A stretch of 16,841 nt of DNA from Candidatus Bathyarchaeota archaeon (GTDB taxonomy: Archaea > Asgardarchaeota > Lokiarchaeia > Sigyniarchaeales > Sigyniarchaeaceae): positions 1 to 16,841 of the forward strand of contig WJJB01000384.1 of NCBI GenBank assembly GCA_014729935.1, in the 5' to 3' direction. The translations under genes and the position numbers were made by a program. The notes beneath the pieces were generated by a model. That model worked only from the letters and a program-made list of their open reading frames with translations, had not been told where the DNA came from and made no database searches. Position 1 is the first letter of the stretch, and every line of letters starts with the position of its first letter. Positions 14,149-16,841 of the stretch are shown one piece after another.

Positions 14149-16362
14149 ATGCCAGCGAGGAAACGGCACATCGATCGGGTACTGGAGCTCATGTACCGAC
14201 CTGAATCCATCAGGAACTGCTCGCTTATTGGACATGTTGACCACGGTAAGACCACGCTATCCGATTCATTGCTTGCCAGCTCGGGATTGCTTAATCCAAA
14301 TCTTGCTGGCGAGGCTCACTTGCTTGATTTCATGGACGAGGAGCAGGAACGGGGCATCACCATGAAATCGGCAAATATCTCGCTTGTCTTTGCCCAGGAT
14401 GGTAATGATTACCTGGTCAACCTGGTAGATACACCTGGACACGTTGATTTCAGTGGCAAGGTTACCAGGGCACTGCGATTGATCGATGCAGCCATCGTGG
14501 TGGTGGATGCAGTGGAGGGCGTGATGATCCAAACGGAGCACGTGCTCCGTCAAGCTCTCGAAAGTGCCGTCCGCCCATTATTATTCATCAACAAGATCGA
14601 CAGGCTAATCGGTGAGCTGGGCTTGGAAGCACGAGAGATACAGGAACGTTTCAAGAACATCATAGGTGATTTCAACAGGTTGCTGGACGTGCACGCTCCC
14701 CCTGCATTCAAGTCCAAGTGGCGAGTGGGATTGGATGACGGCACGGTCGCGTTCGGGTCTGCCTTGGATGGGTGGGGCGCCACCCTTTCACAATTCTTGG
14801 ATCGATGTGATAGCTTCCAATTCATCATCGATCGATACTTGTTGGAACGTGAAGGGGAAGTTAATAAGGATACTTCGCAACTAAAGGAGCTCCTACCTGT
14901 TGATCGGGCCATCGTCAAGATGCTTGTTGAAAAAGCCCCTGATCCCGTCACCGCGCAAGAATACCGGATCCCGGTTATATGGGAAGGTGATGTTGCTTCA
15001 GATCTCGGTCAAGCCATGAGGCGGGCTAGCAAGACTGGACCCGCCATGATCTTTACCAGCAAGGTCATGGTGGAACATAACCAGCGGATTGTCGCAGGGA
15101 GGTTATTTTCGGGCACATTGCATTCCAAGGATGAACTCTTGTTGCTCAAGAATGGAGGACGGGAGCGGGTACACTCCATTGGTATTTTTATGGGCCACCG
15201 GATCTTGGCAGTGGAGGATATTCCAGCTGGAAATGTTGTTGCCATACAAGGATTGAAAGGGGTCAAGAGCGGGGAAACCTTGTTGCACTCTAATTATGAG
15301 GGCGATGCCAAGGGATCCCTTTCCTTTGGCCAGATCTCCTACATGATGGAACCCGTGATTACGGTATCGGTGGAACCTGAACGCTTGGTGAACCTGCAAG
15401 CCCTGCAGGAACACATTGAATTGAAACTCATTGAAGATCCAAACCTTCGGGTTGAAATAAGTGAGGAAACGGGGGAAATACTCCTATCAGGCATAGGTCC
15501 GCTCCACTTGGAAGTGGTGACCAGCGATATCGCCAAGCTTGGCATCCCGGTAATCATGTCAGAACCCATCACTTTATTCCACGAGAGCGTGGAGCGATCG
15601 GCGGGACCTATGGTGGGGGAAAGCATCAATGGGTTGAACAAGGTCACGATGCGCGTAGCACCTGTCTCGAAGGCGGAAGCGCGCGCCATAGAGCCAGTGA
15701 AGGAAATACCATCTCACGCGATCTCGGAACACACAAGGAGGCAGCTTGAGTCATTCCCGGAATGCTTCAAAGAAGAGGAGGTTAGCGCCATCGTTGGCAT
15801 TCTTGATGACCACGTCATCATCGAGATGCCCAACCTAAACGATTCCAGCAAAGCACCCATCTCCCGAGAGGAGATCCAGCTCGTTAACGGTGCCATCGAA
15901 ACCATCGTGAAGCGAGGACCACTCGTCCAAGAATCCATCAGGGATCTGAAGATCATCATTGAAGAAATTACCTTGGCTTCAAAAGCTGAAGATCGAAGCA
16001 TTGCCGAGTTGATCCCCATGATTCGGAAGGCTCTATTCGAGCTAATGCGACAGGCAGGTATTATCCTGCTCGAACCCATGTTCGAGAGTACCGTGTTCGG
16101 TTCCGTCGGGAACATTGGCACCATTACCTCGCTTATATCTCAGCATGGGGGAAAGGTAGTTTCCATGACCCAAGAGGGTAGTACCATAAAAATCCGTGCC
16201 ATTTTTTCCGTGCGAAGGAGTTTCAAGCTCATCGAGGCTGCCAGGTCGGCAACATCTGGCAGGGCTGTCTTCCAGAACGTGTTCCACGGATTTGAAAAGG
16301 TCACGGGAGGAGAAAGAAATGCTATTTACGAGCACTTGAAGGAACGAAAGGGACTTATATGA
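14149..16362 (+). CDS. Elongation factor 2 family GTPase. Divergent paralogue (aEF-2p-like) lacking the diphthamide histidine.
   Basis: Intact G-domain motifs (GHVDHGKTT, RGITM, DTPGHVDF, NKID) and full EF-2 domain architecture over 737 aa. In domain IV the canonical ...HRG... diphthamide loop reads EDRSIAELIPMIR, with His replaced by Asp at 15991-15993. The second tip loop (canonical SPNxHNR) reads SINGLNK. Confidence 0.9.
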   Translation: MPARKRHIDRVLELMYRPESIRNCSLIGHVDHGKTTLSDSLLASSGLLNPNLAGEAHLLDFMDEEQERGITMKSANISLVFAQDGNDYLVNLVDTPGHVDFSGKVTRALRLIDAAIVVVDAVEGVMIQTEHVLRQALESAVRPLLFINKIDRLIGELGLEAREIQERFKNIIGDFNRLLDVHAPPAFKSKWRVGLDDGTVAFGSALDGWGATLSQFLDRCDSFQFIIDRYLLEREGEVNKDTSQLKELLPVDRAIVKMLVEKAPDPVTAQEYRIPVIWEGDVASDLGQAMRRASKTGPAMIFTSKVMVEHNQRIVAGRLFSGTLHSKDELLLLKNGGRERVHSIGIFMGHRILAVEDIPAGNVVAIQGLKGVKSGETLLHSNYEGDAKGSLSFGQISYMMEPVITVSVEPERLVNLQALQEHIELKLIEDPNLRVEISEETGEILLSGIGPLHLEVVTSDIAKLGIPVIMSEPITLFHESVERSAGPMVGESINGLNKVTMRVAPVSKAEARAIEPVKEIPSHAISEHTRRQLESFPECFKEEEVSAIVGILDDHVIIEMPNLNDSSKAPISREEIQLVNGAIETIVKRGPLVQESIRDLKIIIEEITLASKAEDRSIAELIPMIRKALFELMRQAGIILLEPMFESTVFGSVGNIGTITSLISQHGGKVVSMTQEGSTIKIRAIFSVRRSFKLIEAARSATSGRAVFQNVFHGFEKVTGGERNAIYEHLKERKGLI

Positions 16363-16449
16363 TGAAATTTGGGGGATTTTCTTCGACTGGTGCCTCTCCA
16401 CCTTCTTTCTTTTTTCCATCATTCCCCATTCGATTTAAATCCATCGACA

Positions 16450-16460
16450 GATTATATGTT
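16450..16460 (+). promoter_or_regulatory. TATA-like box GATTATATGTT 27-37 nt upstream of the tRNA 5' end
   Basis: Seen directly. Sits at the appropriate distance for an archaeal tRNA promoter. Confidence 0.4.
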
Positions 16461-16486
16461 AACGCAAGGAAAGCCAATACTAATTT

Positions 16487-16597
16487 GCGCCTATTGTCTA
16501 GTGGTTAGGATACCAGCTTCCCAAGGTGTAGCGGTATATATCCCTTTTGGGACACCGGAAATAGCTGGTCGCCCGGGTTCAATTCCCGGTAGGCGCA
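16487..16597 (+). tRNA. tRNA-Gly(CCC): tRNA-Gly(CCC) with a 39-nt intron at the canonical 37/38 position
   Basis: Hand-folded cloverleaf. Acceptor GCGCCUA/UAGGCGC (7 bp, discriminator A). D-arm GUCU/AGUGGUUA/GGAU. Anticodon stem CCAGC/GCUGG with loop UU-CCC-A. T-arm CCGGG-UUCAAUU-CCCGG. The exons total 72 nt, and no CCA is encoded. Confidence 0.8.
16524..16562 (+). other. tRNA intron (archaeal splicing-endonuclease type)
   Basis: A 39-nt insertion between anticodon-loop positions 37 and 38. It has internal pairing GGUGU/ACACC and a CCC-UUUU-GGG hairpin, consistent with an archaeal bulge-helix-bulge substrate. Confidence 0.65.
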
Positions 16598-16653
16598 TTC
16601 TTCATTTTCACCTTCCTTGCTATTCCTATGCCAAAGAGTGATTCTGTTCACGT

Positions 16654-16841
16654 CTATAAAGTGCATTCTGCTATTTCATTTACAATTCGAGGCTCGCGAT
16701 CGCCATCTTCACCCAAGGCTGTGGGCCGCTGGAGCGGACGCATGCGAGGGTCTTGGTGGCATTTTCCGGTGCCTCTATTGATGTTACCACCTGCGGGAAA
16801 ATCGTTGATGGCATCCCGCGCCTGCTTCATCGTGCTCGTGA
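16654..16841 (-). CDS. Possible 3' end of a minus-strand gene running off the window edge (C-terminus ...GEDGDREPRIVNEIAECTL*)
   Basis: Open minus-strand frame from the window edge to a TAG (plus-strand CTA at 16654-16656). Local GC is higher than in the flanking intergenic DNA. No homology recognised, and a plus-strand frame is also open here. Confidence 0.2.
   Translation of the reverse strand, partial: TSTMKQARDAINDFPAGGNINRGTGKCHQDPRMRPLQRPTALGEDGDREPRIVNEIAECTL

Noticed and set aside
14266-16422. Series of 85-136 aa minus-strand ORFs (14266-14553, 14550-14951, 15009-15266, 15103-15414, 15339-15689, 15714-16124, 16042-16422) within the EF-2-like gene
   Set aside because: All overlap a 737-aa ORF with clear GTPase/EF-2 homology. 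Ser/Pro/Cys-rich compositions are typical of antisense frames.
16369-16641. 90-aa TTG-initiated ORF spanning the tRNA-Gly gene
   Set aside because: Completely overlaps a well-folded tRNA and its promoter. TTG start without SD. The translation has no recognisable features.
1-16841. CRISPR arrays, IS elements/transposases, integrases or long direct repeats
   Set aside because: No regularly spaced direct repeats, no transposase or integrase-like ORFs and no terminal inverted repeats were seen. The only repeats are short palindromes in intergenic regions.

Overview
This window looks like an archaeal chromosomal segment. The evidence is a tRNA with a canonical-position intron, an EF-2-family GTPase, a bifunctional PGI/PMI, SIS-type sugar isomerase, TATA-like boxes about 25-30 nt upstream of start codons, frequent GGTG/GAGG Shine-Dalgarno motifs, and a secreted protein dense in N-glycosylation sequons.

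Gene content, in order:
- gcvH (+), the glycine-cleavage H protein.
- A hypothetical protein (+).
- A minus-strand sugar-phosphate operon: PGI/PMI, then phosphomannomutase/phosphoglucomutase, then a Nudix hydrolase.
- A small HExxH metallopeptidase (-).
- A run of poorly characterised genes: a coiled-coil plus winged-helix protein, two small membrane proteins, and a catalytically degenerate beta-carbonic-anhydrase homologue with a long acidic tail.
- A flotillin (SPFH) gene, followed directly by a small beta-barrel plus tandem-winged-helix protein.
- A secreted legumain-like (C13) cysteine peptidase.
- Two tandem Gfo/Idh/MocA oxidoreductase paralogues (-).
- An EF-2 family GTPase in which the diphthamide histidine and the other domain-IV tip loop are substituted, i.e. 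a probable aEF-2 paralogue rather than the canonical translocase.
- An intron-containing tRNA-Gly(CCC).

There is no CRISPR array, transposase or rRNA. The most interesting candidates for a novel system are the flotillin-centred neighbourhood (about 5.1-10 kb) and the divergent EF-2 paralogue.

Limits: all homology calls are from motif recognition by eye with no searches run. My hand-indexing disagreed with the ORF track by 1 nt near 5.85 kb, so ORF coordinates follow the track and hand-located small features may be off by 1-2 nt.
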